Shown here: piece by piece, positions 51,115 to 64,000 of the stretch
Layout of the letters: each line of letters begins with the position of its first letter
How positions within the stretch are numbered: the first letter of the stretch is position 1
NCBI GenBank assembly: GCA_965637545.1
Contig: OZ281497.1
Coordinates: 17,732,001 to 17,796,000 of the forward strand
Length of the DNA: 64,000 bases
Direction: 5' to 3'
Source of the DNA: Phallusia mammillata
Taxonomy: Eukaryota
Notes under the pieces: model-generated
Told to the model about the DNA's origin: nothing
Databases searched by the model: none
The model's input: only the letters and a program-made list of their open reading frames with translations
Position numbers and translations under genes: made by a program

Positions 51115-52868
51115 CTATATTCTCTGAGTACTGCGGTGTTGGCGAGATTCACGGGACGCAGGACGTTGGTTACCAGGTAAGGCAGACGGACGTTGGTGAT
51201 GAACACGTTGGTTGTTCTCTGTGATATATCCAAAGTTCATGTAACTCCGGTTTTGAGATAAAGGCGGTGGTTGATCCTTTTTCGCCTGTTTCCTCCCAAT
51301 GCGACAGAAAATACAAACACAGATGAAGGAAGCGATGAATGTAGCGGCGGGGATTGCCAGCGATAGGATAATAAGCAGTAGGCTGTAATTGCGTTCAATG
51401 ATCACCTATAGTAAACATATGTCACTTTATTGGTACGGCTGTTACAATCTTATTTAAACTTGCAATAAAAAAAACTTCCTACTATAATGATATAACACAC
51501 CGTGACGATAGAAGACACTTCTGGTTAAACTAAAACAAATCCATTTTTGATTCCTAAAGTGACATCTGGCATACTTTATGACCATCTTGCGTAAACTTCG
51601 TGACCAAACAAGCACAAAGGCTATACTTTTGTTATGTTTACATACATCAACAAATCTCCATCATACAATACTGCAGTAAAAGTTCCTGTTTACCTGTGAA
51701 GGGTTATTTGGATTGTACATACAGGGGTATGACACATCTGTATCTCCAAACTCTGATAAAAAGTTGTCGATTTCCATCGTATTCTGCTTTTTGTGCCTTT
51801 TACACACTTGCGTTGAACACTGAAAATGCAAATAATAAGTTGCATTTAATTTTCAGGTAGACTTGTAAGTTGCGTTATTTTTTTGGCCTAAATTAGACGT
51901 ACAATACATGCAAATTTCCATGTACCTCGCACTTCCCTATCAAAAAAGGCTATGTAATTCCGACGGGCATGTTATTTTACATTCCTCTTATGGGCGTCAA
52001 ACCAAATGGCGCAACAACATCAAAGTTCTACCTTTGGAACAATCTCAAATCTTACTTTTTTGTCAACAACTTTTTAAGTTAATCTCTAATGTAAACTTCT
52101 ATAAAGACTTAGTTGAATGGTTTTCAGGCTTTTCTTGATACTGTTTGAATTGTGTATACATAAGTATACTTACGTCACTGTTTCCAGAAACAGCCATTCC
52201 CTCGTCTCTATGAATCATTGACTTTATTGTCGAATTTTCCTAAAATAACAACATTATTAAAAATGTGCGGTCAACAAAAAACGATCACGGTAGAATTTAA
52301 CTTACATATGGGCCATCAATGTTGTATTGAACGAAAATTTGCAAACAGGGAAAACTTGATTTGCAGTAGGGACTGTTGTCATTGTTTAAACCCGAACATT
52401 TGCACTGCCGGTATTCCAAGATTTCGTAACGAAGAACATTGCATCTTGTTTCCTAAGTACAAATATAGGTGAAGTTGGCCTTACATAAATCTAGTGTGGT
52501 TGCTGGTCATATTTTACAAGTTTTTTACGATTGGCGGAAAAGCAAAGTAATGTTTTTTTTACATTACATGTTAAACCGGTTTGTATAATGCAAAAGAGAA
52601 CAGACCATTTAGATTATTGTGTGTAAAACTGTCAAACATAAAGAAAGCTACCATTAAACTGAGCATACAGGTGTTATAACCATAAGCATTCTAAAAATTG
52701 CCCATTTGCAATTGTTTTCTCACCTTGTAATTAACTGCTCGAAGCCCTGGCCTGGCAAACAGCAAGCCGTCAACAATCAAGGCTATTCCACTTACCAAAC
52801 ACATTACAACTGCTATAGAAATCACACACGGAGCACCCTCGCAAGTTTTGCGTTTAGGTGGTCGGTAT
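51115..52868 (-). CDS. KCNMB: Two-TM protein resembling BK (Ca-activated K+) channel beta subunits (KCNMB/CaKB family); first exon not located
   Basis: In-phase exons 52868-52724 (TM1), 52452-52306 (ETRCNVL...CKC...YCKSSFPCLQIFVQY), 52239-52174, 51819-51694 (CSTQVC...YPCMYNP) and 51405-51115 (VIIERNYS plus TM2). This matches the KCNMB pattern E.xC...C.xC...C..S.YPCLQV.V...CSY.P.C...F.C.Y.P...VIL.K.Y. None of the three middle exons appears in the ORF track. Confidence 0.72.
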
Positions 52869-55049
52869 CTAAAGTGAATACTCATTTTTCTTTCTATTCC
52901 TGCAACTAAAACAGTGTTTTCAGCACCTTCGCAAGTCGCATACTACACGGGAAATGCGAACGATTATTATTTACCTACTAGCTGCTCGTAGCCTGAAGCG
53001 ACAAAGCCACGAGTTTACCAGTCACGTCACAATGAGAAGGGAAACATTCGAGAATCTCTTAGTTGTCATAATACCTGACTTCTAGAGGGATGTTAACCCT
53101 TGACATTAATTAACATAATATTTTATTTAAACAAATTTCTTTTATGTTTAGTATCAAATAATTTTGTTCAAAAATTGACTTTCTGTCCATAACAGCAATT
53201 TTGTTGTTTAGAAACTTACGCAAAACAAAACATAAATCCTAAATCTAAAATCCTACGCTAGTGTGCATGGGTATTCAGCACTAGTTTTAGCATTGTATTC
53301 TATTACATTTTTACACATAAATTATGCGGTAGTGCTCATTTCTAGGCGATGAACAGCGCAATGTATGATTTGTACTTTGTGTTGGCATTGGCCGAAGCGG
53401 AGATTGTGAATCAGTCAATTGGCAGGCCGGAAATATCCGCAACAACGTCATTTAAACTGATTAGGTTAGATTGCGGTTATAAAGTTCGTTTGTGGACATT
53501 ATAAGTTGTTGTGGCTAAAAAAAACTTTAAATCACCGCAATTTGCAACATCAAATTGATGATTTTGTTGAGAATGATTTGAGATGACTATAAGCGAAGCA
53601 CACACCGGTACGAAATTCGAGCTAGCATGCCATAAATTAGATGTCACTATAACGTTTCCATCGTTTTTAGTACAGTTAGCATTTTAGTATATAGCACTCA
53701 AATGTTTCAAAATAAAACAAAAATGATTCTGATCATACAAAATGCGCTCAGCGTATTGATTGAATTGTAGGCCGCGGCTGATAGTTTTTACCTTTAACAG
53801 TTGTTTGTGCGGCATAAAGTCGAGTGTCGTTAACATTTTAAAAGCATACCCATATAATGTCCAGACCCTATGTTTTTATTATTATATCGCATTAAAACTT
53901 TCTTTTCATGTGCAGGAATTACATTGCAACATACACTCTGCTGAGTGCAATTATTTATATGACTAACAACTATTGATAAACAGTTTTATCAAGTAGCAAC
54001 AGAAAGAATCTTTACACAAACAATAGTTTTTGACTTTATAGCGAAAAGTTTTGACATGTTGGCACATTTAGTGTGGACTTTTTGCTTTAAAATACAATCA
54101 ATAAACTGTGGCCCATTATTTAAACTTTGCTGCTTGCAATTCGAGCGGTTTTTATTGTACTGATTCAGTTTTTACTTGAACTGAACAGAATAAGTTTGAC
54201 GCCACTTTTACAATTACCTAACATATAACGTGTTCTCAATTATTTTGCTGTATCTTGCTCGTCTGCAGTATTTTAAAGTGAAGGAAGTGGCATTTGCTGG
54301 TTACCTAAAACAGGAATATTTTTTTATTTTTCACGAAAAAAAACGCAGTAACAAAAGGAAGGGGAGAAAAAAACATAAGGGTTTACAAGAGTACGATAGT
54401 GTTGCAACCAAGCGACGTGTCAGGCAAGAATGTATTACAAAAAAGGGAAATAAAACGTTAAACAAGGTATACTGCATTACAGACTGGATAATGGAGCAAC
54501 TGATTACGAAAATGTCGGTTTTAATGGAACAGTCTTTTTGTTTGTATATTCTACACACACAAAAGAGGCGCTTCTTCGTTGGTTTTCACATATTTTTGCA
54601 TTTCAGCATTTTTTCAAAAAGCTTTAACACATGTCAGTACAAAGTAATACTGATACTGGGCTAAAAAATCTAGGATACAAATTTTGTAACAATACACATG
54701 CAAGTTTGCACAGGTGTTGAAAAATAATCTTAATGGTCGAATTAACGCGATAAAATAGTTTTCAAATAAACTAGTCAGACGAGAGCTTCAATAAGCAAGT
54801 TAACAAACACACGACCATGCGCAAAAGTAGAAAACAAATGTACAAAAGGGGTGAATAAATAAATTGGACATGGAAAATATGCTCAAAAATGATATAAAAT
54901 CGGTCAAAAAACAAACAAACCGGTATTATCCACACATGCAAATAAATCGGTTTGTTTTGTTTAGTCAATTAAGAAACAAGTGCCAACAACACAACATCTG
55001 TAGTTCTCCCACAAACTCTTACTAACGATCACAAGATTTTAAGAAATGT

Positions 55050-57999
55050 TTAACTGCCAGAATCGTCGCGTTCTGAATGAAGGTGACTCAGAATTTCGCC
55101 AGGCGAGGATGGAACTCGGGGCAAACTCGGCTCCTGATCTTGGTCTAAAACATCAAACAAGGCCCCTGGGTTCGAATCCCGCATCTCCGGGGTGTTTTCG
55201 GAAGACGACTGGATCATACCGGGTATCTCGACGGCTTTTTCCTTGACAGGGGAATCTTCATCTTGTGACACATCGCTTGTTACGACAGCTGGTGGGGAAG
55301 TGTCGCTCGGACCGGCGGTGTCGACGTCGCCGGCTTCAGAATTGTCGGCGATAGAGTCTGCCTTTGTTTCAGCTTCTTCATCCAACTTTTTTGCAGCCTT
55401 AAAAATATGTGGCTTGAATAAGGTCGACAAAACCAAGTTAATCGACCTTTCAACACTCATTATCGATGGCAAGCGCCCATCCGGTATTATCCCCAGTGAT
55501 TATTCGACATCATATGTAATCGCGAGGTACGGTAATAAATGTAATAGCAGAGACCAAATTGATTATAGCCACCCCAGCGGTTAGATTGAAACTAATCCGA
55601 CTCTCTGCGAAACCAATGTTAAGTATTTTCATTTCGCAATAGCAGAGTAGGGCTTTACAATGGATGTACGCTTGCCAACAGCTGGTTGACTACGTCTGGC
55701 AACCGCAAGGTCAAGCCTGACATAAAATCAATGAACGTGTGCTTAGGCTCGCTATATATTTGGCATATTTATAGGGTTTGCCAATATTCCCACCAGGGAT
55801 TTGTGGTTAGTAGACAATACATTGTACAACACTGAAAAAAAAAACCTTAAAATGGCATAATACCTGTATCTCAGCCAATTTTGTCTTTCTGTGTTCAACA
55901 AAATCATCAAACAGACTGGGCCATGCCTCGTTGTCATTGTAGTTTGACAAATCATCCTTTAGGGCCTCAGTAAGATACAGGAACATGCTCCAAGTGTCTC
56001 GGGATATACCCCTGACCTGAAATAAGGAAATACAGTTAGAGGAAATTGTATCCAGTTTGTGTAATTAGGCCTAAACTAGTAGTTTAGATATCTGTTATCA
56101 CCATCTTGCAACAGTTACAATGGCAAAGCAGAGTGTGTTGTGCCCTTTACACGACAACAACCAAAACTGCATAAATTTTACAATAAATTTCAACTGCTTG
56201 AAGTAAGTCTGAGCTGTATATTGAGCTGTAACATTTTATTTTCACAGTTGACTACCTGTAATGTTTTCTGTTGCTTTGTGTTCTAATAATGCTAGTCACA
56301 GGAACAACAATTAAAATATAATGCTTACATTATTATCGGTAAGATATTCTATCCATGAATCCAACAAATTGGGAGGATTTCTTGAAAATACTACATTCCA
56401 CATGGCGATTGCAATGTCACATGGTAATGATCGTTGACCCTGCAGAACAAAAAACCTTACACATGTGCACACATTGACAAAATAACTATACAGGATTGCC
56501 ATGTATAAAATAGTAGAGTGGCAATAATTATGATTTTTGCATTTAGACTGTACATTTCTAAAATCACGGGTTTACATTACCTGGTCAGCATCCAGAGCAA
56601 ACTGAAAAGTATATCGATACAGCTCCTTAAAGTTGGAAAGAGCCTCAGATTCAATGTGCTTTAATGCTGATTTTAAGGAAGAGATAGAACTGCATTGTAG
56701 TGTTATGAAACCATCAATAAACTCCTTCCTGTTTGGTACAAAGTGGAAATTTGTGAGAAACTAATTCATATACATCCATCAGTTTCATGCATTCATGTCA
56801 AACAAAACCAAACTTTCATTTATGGGCTTGAATGTATATAATATCACTTAACGTTTACCAACAGTGAGTTGCCATATAATCCTAGTTTTATGTAATTGGA
56901 TAAAAGTATCACCTATTTGTCCACATTCAATTATTGCTTAACTTACTTTGTAAATTTGCACATTGTTGAGGCTTTAAACTTCCATGCAAGGGCTAATACA
57001 ATAAATTCAGTGGGATCAACATCTAGGTCTTGACAAAACTTCTCAACACCATCCGCCAATATTTCCTCATCTACAGAATCATCACAGTAATGTTCAAAAA
57101 GTGCCTCCACCTTCTTCAGGTCAAAAACTTCCATGGGTGTCTGAACTTTGTCCAATTGCCCAGGCGTTGTAGTAGCTGACGGAGAGGTTGGAGATGTCTT
57201 TTGCACACCATGTAAGGAAAAAGCAGGAAACCTAAAAACCACAACATAAACTGAAAATGTTCTCATTAGGTCATCATAAAAACATATAATGCAACTGTCC
57301 CTCCTATGAAATATGTTTAAATTCTCACTAATACAAAAAATATATAGCTTCATGCATATATTGTTTGTTATGTCAGTGTTTTACCTAGCAGTTTGGTCTC
57401 TGTTTATATTGCTCGGGTGGGCAGTACGTACATCAAGTGTTTCTGGTCTATGTGGTCCTGTCGATAGTTGTCCTACAAAAAATAACAAAGTGTTAAAATC
57501 TTAAACCTACTTTCAGTACATTATTGAATAGTTTGCTGCAATATCAAACACACTATGTAACAAATTGTTCATTGTAATTGTACACAAAGTTAGTGGCAAC
57601 AAAATATACTTATTTATATGGTGCGCTTACTGTACCAGTTTTAAAATAATTTTACTGTTATAGATGTTACATGATGGCACAGTCACAAATGACAAAACTG
57701 TCTTAACTGCATTACTGCAATACAGAGCAAAAGACCTACAGGCCATAACAGTAAAAAGTCAAAGAATACAATGACAACATATATACAAAACCTCTTACTC
57801 ACTACAAAGCAACTAACTACTGAATAGAACAAACAGTGTTAAGTCAATTCACACCTGATGACTTCTGACCACCGCAGGAATGAAGGTCACCAGGTAACAC
57901 ATTCTCTCTTAAACGTTTATTGGGTTTTGGCTTCTTGTAACAAGGTCGCATTCGACCATCTTCGTCAGTGCCACACATACACTGGCATTTGTTTCCCAT
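55050..57999 (-). CDS. DCUN1D3: DCN1-like protein 3 (neddylation E3 co-factor)
   Basis: Exons 57999-57855 (MGNKCQCMCG, an acylation-type N-terminus as in DCUN1D3), 57472-57385, 57231-56947, 56728-56581, 56439-56329, 56015-55865, 55397-55050. Motifs DGVEKFCQDL, LALAWKFKASTMCKFT, FKELYRYTFQF, GQRSL, GISRDTW, EAWPSLFDDFVE. Confidence 0.9.
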
Positions 58000-59265
58000 A
58001 GCGAATAAATTTGACAACGAAAACTGCTGAAACTATGCTGGATAACATAAGAGTTAGGAGGCCATTTTCATGCAGTTCGTTCTATTCTAAACCTCCTCTT
58101 TACGTCACAGTTGCTTTTGTCTGGCAGTCGCATAGTCAGCTGAGAGATTGTCGCGATGCCGTCGGCGTTTAGGTGTCGCCATTTCACTATATGCATGATA
58201 ACAGTCTGTTCGGAATATAAGCAAATTTCTGCAGTGGTTGCGTATTCGTTCTTTTTGCATAATGTTAATTTATGCTGCGTTTATGTTTATTCCTAAATCG
58301 ACCCAACGAATGCTAACAAACCTGGGTACAGGGGCCTGGAGAAACGTTTAAAAGTGGTAACAGCATGTGGTTTAAGGATTTCAGGCTCACTTTGCTTAAA
58401 ACTAAACCACCTCTCAGTTCCAAGCTACCGCCGACTGGAGCACAAACCAGCTAAAAGTCTCCAAAGGGTTTGATCTACACCTGATTTACCATTATTAATT
58501 CTCCAAGAGCCATACCATACTGTCTTGTTATCTTTTTTTTTTCGACAAGCGTTTGCACCCTAACCGATCTTGTTTGGGTTGCATGTTCACATATTAACAC
58601 TTCCTGGTTAGTTAGTGTAAACGCCCTAGAGTCGCCGCAACTTTATTGTTGTCACACTAAATCTAATTTGAGCATTAAGTTCAGCGACCAAAATGCTGCT
58701 GCGAACATTTGAGTTATTCATAATCTAGATATAACCCCAGATGAAGAGCTTCGAAATCGACTTTATCTACAACGTCAAATCATTCTCTCGGAAGTTGGAA
58801 TATTTGTCATGGCTGCAAATGTGACACGTTTCGCAATTTTTAAAACATTGAAAGATTCCAATGCTTACTGTACATTGTAAACAACAAACATGATTCCTGG
58901 TAATACGCCGCGTGACATACACAAAAAATGGAATAACAGCAAACTGCAAAAGTTTTAACGTATCAGTTGGTAGGCTAATTAGTTCATCACCTCAGTATGG
59001 GCATTGGCCAAATCAATGGTAATCTGAAGACTAAAAACCATATCAAACATGTAAGTGCACAATGAGTATTTGCAAAACTGGTAAAGAACGATCGTTAAAT
59101 GTACAAACTAAAACTAAAAAAAAAAAGTTTTCCGCCAGTTAAAAAATAACAACATTTTGTTTGTTTCAGTGGGACTAGGTAGTCGTAAGTTTGTGCGAAA
59201 TCTACATAGTGGCAGCGAGACAGGATGCTTTGTATCAGCCTTGTATTGTAAACTTCCGCGCAAGT

Positions 59266-61118
59266 TTAACGCCTCGTTGTGCCACCGAAACCTGATGCTG
59301 TTCTTGAACTTCCTGGTGAAGAGCTTGACGACCTCGACGAAGAGCTACTAGAGCTTGACCACGAACTTCCCCCTCCCCCTCCCCATCCACGGCGACTTCC
59401 CCAACCATTGCTAAAACCACCATAACCGCCACCATATCCATTTCCGTAACCATTGCCATATCCTCCGTAGCCATAGCCTCTGTTGTGGTTGTTTCTGTTA
59501 AGAATTTGTTATAACGACGTGACATTTTTAAACAGACATTGTGCTTGCCAAGCATGTGTCTTTGGCGACTGTTTAGCTTCTTTATATGACACAGGAAGCA
59601 ATTGTGTGGACTGCATCCAGCCAAGAAACACCAAGCAATTACTAACAACTCCTGAATGAACCATATGGACTAAGTTACATTATGAAACATTCATTTTATA
59701 ACAACCCCAGTTAGTAACAAACTACAAAACATATTTGCAGGCATTTTAATGACTGACCTTGAACCAAAGAAATACCCTGCCAGGCTACCCAAACCCATAC
59801 CACTCCAAAAACCACCAAATGGACTGGCATTGGCATTTCTTGTACCAGTTTGTGTGCCGGTATATGATGACTGAGAGTTATGTTCCCCTGTATGTGTTGC
59901 ATCTTGGTATGAAGGAGGGTCTAAAAAAAGTACCATAATAATAGCCATACATACTAATAGGGGTCATTTTTTGTCCTCTCCCCATGTGCTGCCATACCTC
60001 TTGTGTATTCTGGTTTGAATCCATAAGTTGGTGGGGCAGAAGGGCCATGATGCTGTGATGGGTAAGGAGGTCCTCGCGAAGGAGATGGCCTTCTTTGTGA
60101 TGAATCAACATCATCATTTTGGGTTGTCATTTTACGAATCAAGAACACAATGGCAAAAACAATGATGAAAAATATAAACCATGATCCACCACCACCAACG
60201 CTACTGGAGTATTGCTTGCTGGGTTGGTAGTAACTGTTCCAACTGTTTTGATGGCGTTTTTGACCAGCTTCTGTCAGATCAATTGTGTACTCCAACCCAC
60301 ATGAACCTACCATAATTAATATTATTTATGAATCTAGTTGCAACCCATCAGTACAGTTTACAACACAAAATTTTGAACTATTTTTAATTGGCTTCAATCC
60401 TAACAGTGCTACAAACATTTCTACATTTTATTATATATCTTACCCTTTAGAACATATGGGTCATTTGGATGGTTATAACCCTCACATGAAACCTGAATTT
60501 TTCCGAATCTGTAGGAGTCATCCATATCAGCTTTGCATTCCCATTGTACATCAAATCCATCTGAACCCACATTTTTGCACTACAAAAAGACAAAATATTT
60601 TTTACACACTGTTTACATATAATTAATATGGTATAGTATGCCGCAAACAAATTCTTTATGCAACTGACAAAAATATGCGATCCTAGGTACAAAAGAGAAT
60701 CACTATTTTTAATTCCAGTTTCAAAATCATACAAATGCTAAAATAAAGGACAAACCTGGACAACTGATGGTGTAAACTTTGAGCAGCCAGCTGTGCCACC
60801 AACACATTTCATCTGGGGTACAGGTGAGCTTCGCCTTCCTGTTGTCATTCGGTTTGGGTACAGGGTAATTGCTGACACATCACGTAACAAAACTTTGTCA
60901 TCCTCTGCAAAAATCACTTTTGTTTACTCCATATTATTTATTGTTGTCTAAACCTAATTACAACTATTAAAGGGTATGCCAGTTAAAAGACTTTCAATGA
61001 TCAATCAATTCACTTTAATCGAAAAAAAACAATGGAACTTACCACTTCCCATCCATCCTTTGGTGACTACCACAAACAAACATACAACAACAAGTATCAA
61101 AAAACATTTAAATTCCAT
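59266..61118 (-). CDS. SARAF: Store-operated calcium entry-associated regulatory factor (TMEM66)
   Basis: Exons 61118-61043 (signal peptide), 60904-60756 (VLLRDVSAITLY...CVGGTAGC), 60579-60444 (DVQWECKADMD...SCEGY...DPYVLK), 60306-59998 (GSCGLEYTIDLT plus TM), 59920-59758 (GGFWSGMGLGSLAGYFFG), 59494-59266 (ends RTASGFGGTTRR*). Confidence 0.95.
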
Positions 61119-61705
61119 TACTTTACTTTTATCTCACTGATTTACTAAGACTTCGTGAAAACCTGCATTATACAACATGATATAATGACAAACCTCTAAA
61201 GCAAAATGGCTGTCGGTGAAAATAAAAAAGCGAACACGTACCACTGAAACTTACGAAACTTTAGTTAAGTATTTATTTCAATTTTACCAAAACGTTCGAT
61301 CAGAAATCTATTGGTTTCGTATTGCAAGTAATTTTATATGCCGCAATTGGGACACGTCACAACATAACTCAAGCTCTTGTAGCTTGCTTGCATCAGCTTA
61401 AAGCTGATTCACGGAAAGGAACGTACCAAAAGTGCTGGTTGTTTGTTTTTTAAGTTCGGTCACGCGGAACAGGATCATATGTTAGTTATGACGTCACAAT
61501 ACTCCATGATCACAAATGTTTTGAGCACGTGGGCACAGGGCAGAAATATTGACGTTTGCCATTAATTGAACATTTAAAATTGAGGATATTGTTTATTTGT
61601 TACAAACAACCGCCCTTTTTCGTATTGCTTTTTGTATCGCTTGATATGGATGATATTTGTTAATTATGCCTGCCTTAGGTTCGCACTTTTAACGATTTTA
61701 CGACA
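61119..61705. promoter_or_regulatory. Probable bidirectional promoter region between SARAF and cactin
   Basis: Divergent ATGs are only 587 bp apart. A palindromic CRE/ATF site, TGACGTCA, lies at 61489-61496. Confidence 0.55.
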
Positions 61706-64000
61706 ATGGGTAGCCGACATGAAGAATGTTATGATGAAAGACCAAGGCACTCAAAAAGCAGTAAAAAGTCAAAGCACAAAAAGAAATCGAAACATTCTGA
61801 TAAACATGAAAAAGCAACTAAAAAGAAAAAGAGCAGACAAAGATCAGAATCAAGTGATTCAAGATCATCAAATGAATCATATTCATCATCACCAGAAAGG
61901 TTTCATTATCATTTACATATTTTATGTCTAATTTTAAATGTGCGGAAACTAACATTTTGTTTACCAATCTTGCAGACAAAGTTCAAGACAAAGAGAGGAG
62001 CAGAAATCCCGATTGGAAGCAGAAAAGGAGAGAATGAAAGCAGAAAAACTGAGACAGAAAGAATTAATGAAGGTGTGTCAGTTGATTTTCCAATTTACCT
62101 GGGTTAAAAACCACTAACCTGTTTAATTACCACAATATGTTTGTACTTGAAGTAGTTTCTTTGTTTGGTCTGAGTGTTTCAGACAAGCTAAATGGGTATA
62201 ACTTAGCATTTGTTTAAATCTTTGTTTAACACTGTTTGATGGTTAGCAGATTTTGATCTAGCATTAAGCATTGCTGCTAATTATTCTATTGTGCAGATAA
62301 ATAATAATAGTTTAGCCTGACCTGTTTCCTAAAACCATTTCCATTCGGTTTAGGCTTTGGAGACACCTGAAGAAAAAAGAGCAAGAAGACTTGCTAAAAA
62401 AGAAGCAAAAGAAAGACAACGAAGAGAAAACATGGGATGGGACAAGGAATATATGGGGTATGCTATCTGAACTGTTGTCTATTTGAAACCGATTTCTTAT
62501 ACTTGTGTTTTATGTACAAGATACACAAATGCTGACAATCCTTTTGGTGATGGAAAGCTGTTGGAAACATTTGTGTGGAACAAAAAGCTTGAGAAGGAAG
62601 GTCTTAAGGATCTTGACCTTCATGAAAAAAAGAAGCTAATTTTCCAAAAACAAGAAAAAAACAAAATTGAACTGGCCAAGGTGTGTTTAATGCACTGAAT
62701 GACAAAGGATCGCATTTTCACACACAATAATTCGCATATGTTTTTTACATTTAGGTAAAGCAGTTGAGATTAGAAAGGGAGCGAGAAAGACAACAGAGAG
62801 ATGAAGAAATGGAATTACTACAACGAGAACGTGAAGCAGAAAACTTTAAGGTAAACCATAGGGACTTTAATAAAAGAATGATTATTTGTGTTTATGATAT
62901 GTGTTTAGAATACCGAATCCATATAGTCTCAGCACTCATTTAAAAGCTTTTATCTTAGGTGTGGGAGGGTCAAGAGGACAAGTTTCACCTTGAACAGGCC
63001 AAATTGAGATCCCGCATTCGAATTCAGGATGGAAGAGCAAAACCCATCGATCTTCTTGCTCAGTATGCAAGCAGTGCACAGGAAGGAGCTGAAGATATGT
63101 CTGGTGTTGAAATGCATGAACCATATACTTATCTTAATGGACTTACAATGTCTGACCTTGAAGATTTACTGGAGGACATCAAGGTGTACATTGAACTAGA
63201 ACAAGGTTGGTTTACCCAGGATCTTGTTTCCCTTACATGCTCATCCATATTTGTAGTTGTTATTTGCTGTTAATACTGTACTGTGTAGTGAGTGGTTGCT
63301 TAAAAGTGATAAAAGTACCATATGTTTTAAGGAAAAAATGCAGATTTTTGGAGGGATATAACTGTTGTTACCGAGGATGAACTTCAAACATTGCGAAAAA
63401 TACAAGCAGAAGATGAGGTACAAACCCATAATACAAATAGTCTTGGACATGTTGATATGGCTTTTCCACATTTTTATTAAAACATTTGTATGTTGATTTT
63501 AATTTAAGGGTCATTCTGCACGAGATACCAGAAGGGAAGGCATTAACAAAGCGGTAACAACTGATGTTGCTGCAATGTTCAGAAGTAAAACTCATTCACA
63601 ACTTATTGCACTGCGTCAACAAATCAATGCTAAAATTGAATCAGGTTCCTCGGTTTCTCTATTATTTTGTCTAATTTCAACATTTGATATGTTTTTTGTC
63701 CATCAATTGATAAAGGAAATTACTTTTATAACAAAACAACTAGTATGTAATTTTTTTTTAAATTAACCTGTGTAGGTGGTTCAAGTTTGGATGTGGGATA
63801 CTGGGAATCCTTACTGACCCAATTAAAGGCTTTCTTGGCAAAGGCTCGGTTACGAGACAGGCATCAAGAATTGTTGAAAAACAAGCTTTACAAGCTAAAA
63901 CTTGAACAACTTCAAGAACAGGTCACAGAAGGTCAACAACAACCATTATTCCCAGCATTACAACAGGTGGCTAAAAGTACCATAAGATTCTTAACAACAT
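61706..64000 (+). CDS. CACTIN: Cactin (spliceosome C complex subunit), 5' part; continues beyond the window
   Basis: K/S/R-rich N-terminus, then spliced motifs ETPEEKRARRLAKK, YTNADNPFGD..LLETFVWNKKLEKEG, QEDKFHLEQAKLRSRIRIQDGRAKPIDLL, HEPYTYLNGLT..DLEDLLEDIKVY, EGINKAV, LDVGYWESLLTQLKAFLAKARLRDRHQ. Confidence 0.95.

Noticed and set aside
54230-54664. 144-aa plus-strand ORF
   Set aside because: It is AT-rich low-complexity sequence antisense to the probable DCUN1D3 3' UTR, with no domain and a non-ATG start.
55169-55180. ggttcgaatccc, a perfect tRNA T-loop/B-box
   Set aside because: It lies antisense within the DCUN1D3 terminal coding exon, with no acceptor stem, D-arm or A-box.
51115-61118. 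SARAF-DCUN1D3-KCNMB-like as a polycistronic operon or calcium-signalling cluster
   Set aside because: They share a strand, but coding regions are ~1.3 kb and over 2 kb apart with AATAAA signals between them. No abutting polyA/acceptor junction was seen, so the functional link may be coincidence.

Overview
AT-rich, intron-dense animal genomic DNA with short GT-AG introns. Gene content and compactness suggest an invertebrate chordate, probably an ascidian; this is inference and the species cannot be determined. I reconstructed eight protein-coding genes by hand from splice sites and reading frames. In order they are: an atypical SLC6 (GABA/taurine/creatine-type) transporter (-), a 29-exon type R2B receptor tyrosine phosphatase (MAM-Ig-FN3x4-TM-D1-D2, +), a single-exon CYP4 P450 (-), a CUB-EGFx3-mucin-TM receptor with a ~590-aa tail (+), a BK-channel beta-subunit (KCNMB)-like two-TM protein (-), DCUN1D3 (-), SARAF (-) and the 5' part of cactin (+). 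Most ORF-track entries are exon fragments or spurious. Many short hAT-type MITEs have 8-bp target-site duplications (TSDs). The most unusual region is 34996-42007, where the intact intronless CYP4 lies between two ~150-180 bp inverted repeats with internal 22-bp subrepeats, suggesting a cargo-carrying transposon. A 4.2-kb hAT element sits ~150 bp upstream of the CYP ATG. It contains an L2/Crack-type LINE 3' fragment (itself split by a MITE) and a palindrome carrying two inverted minimal hammerhead-ribozyme motifs. Other highlights are two 101-nt mutually exclusive exons in the CUB domain, four substitutions at normally invariant SLC6 residues, and a double furin site in the phosphatase. There are no rRNA, tRNA or CRISPR features, and one 156-N gap (40025-40180).
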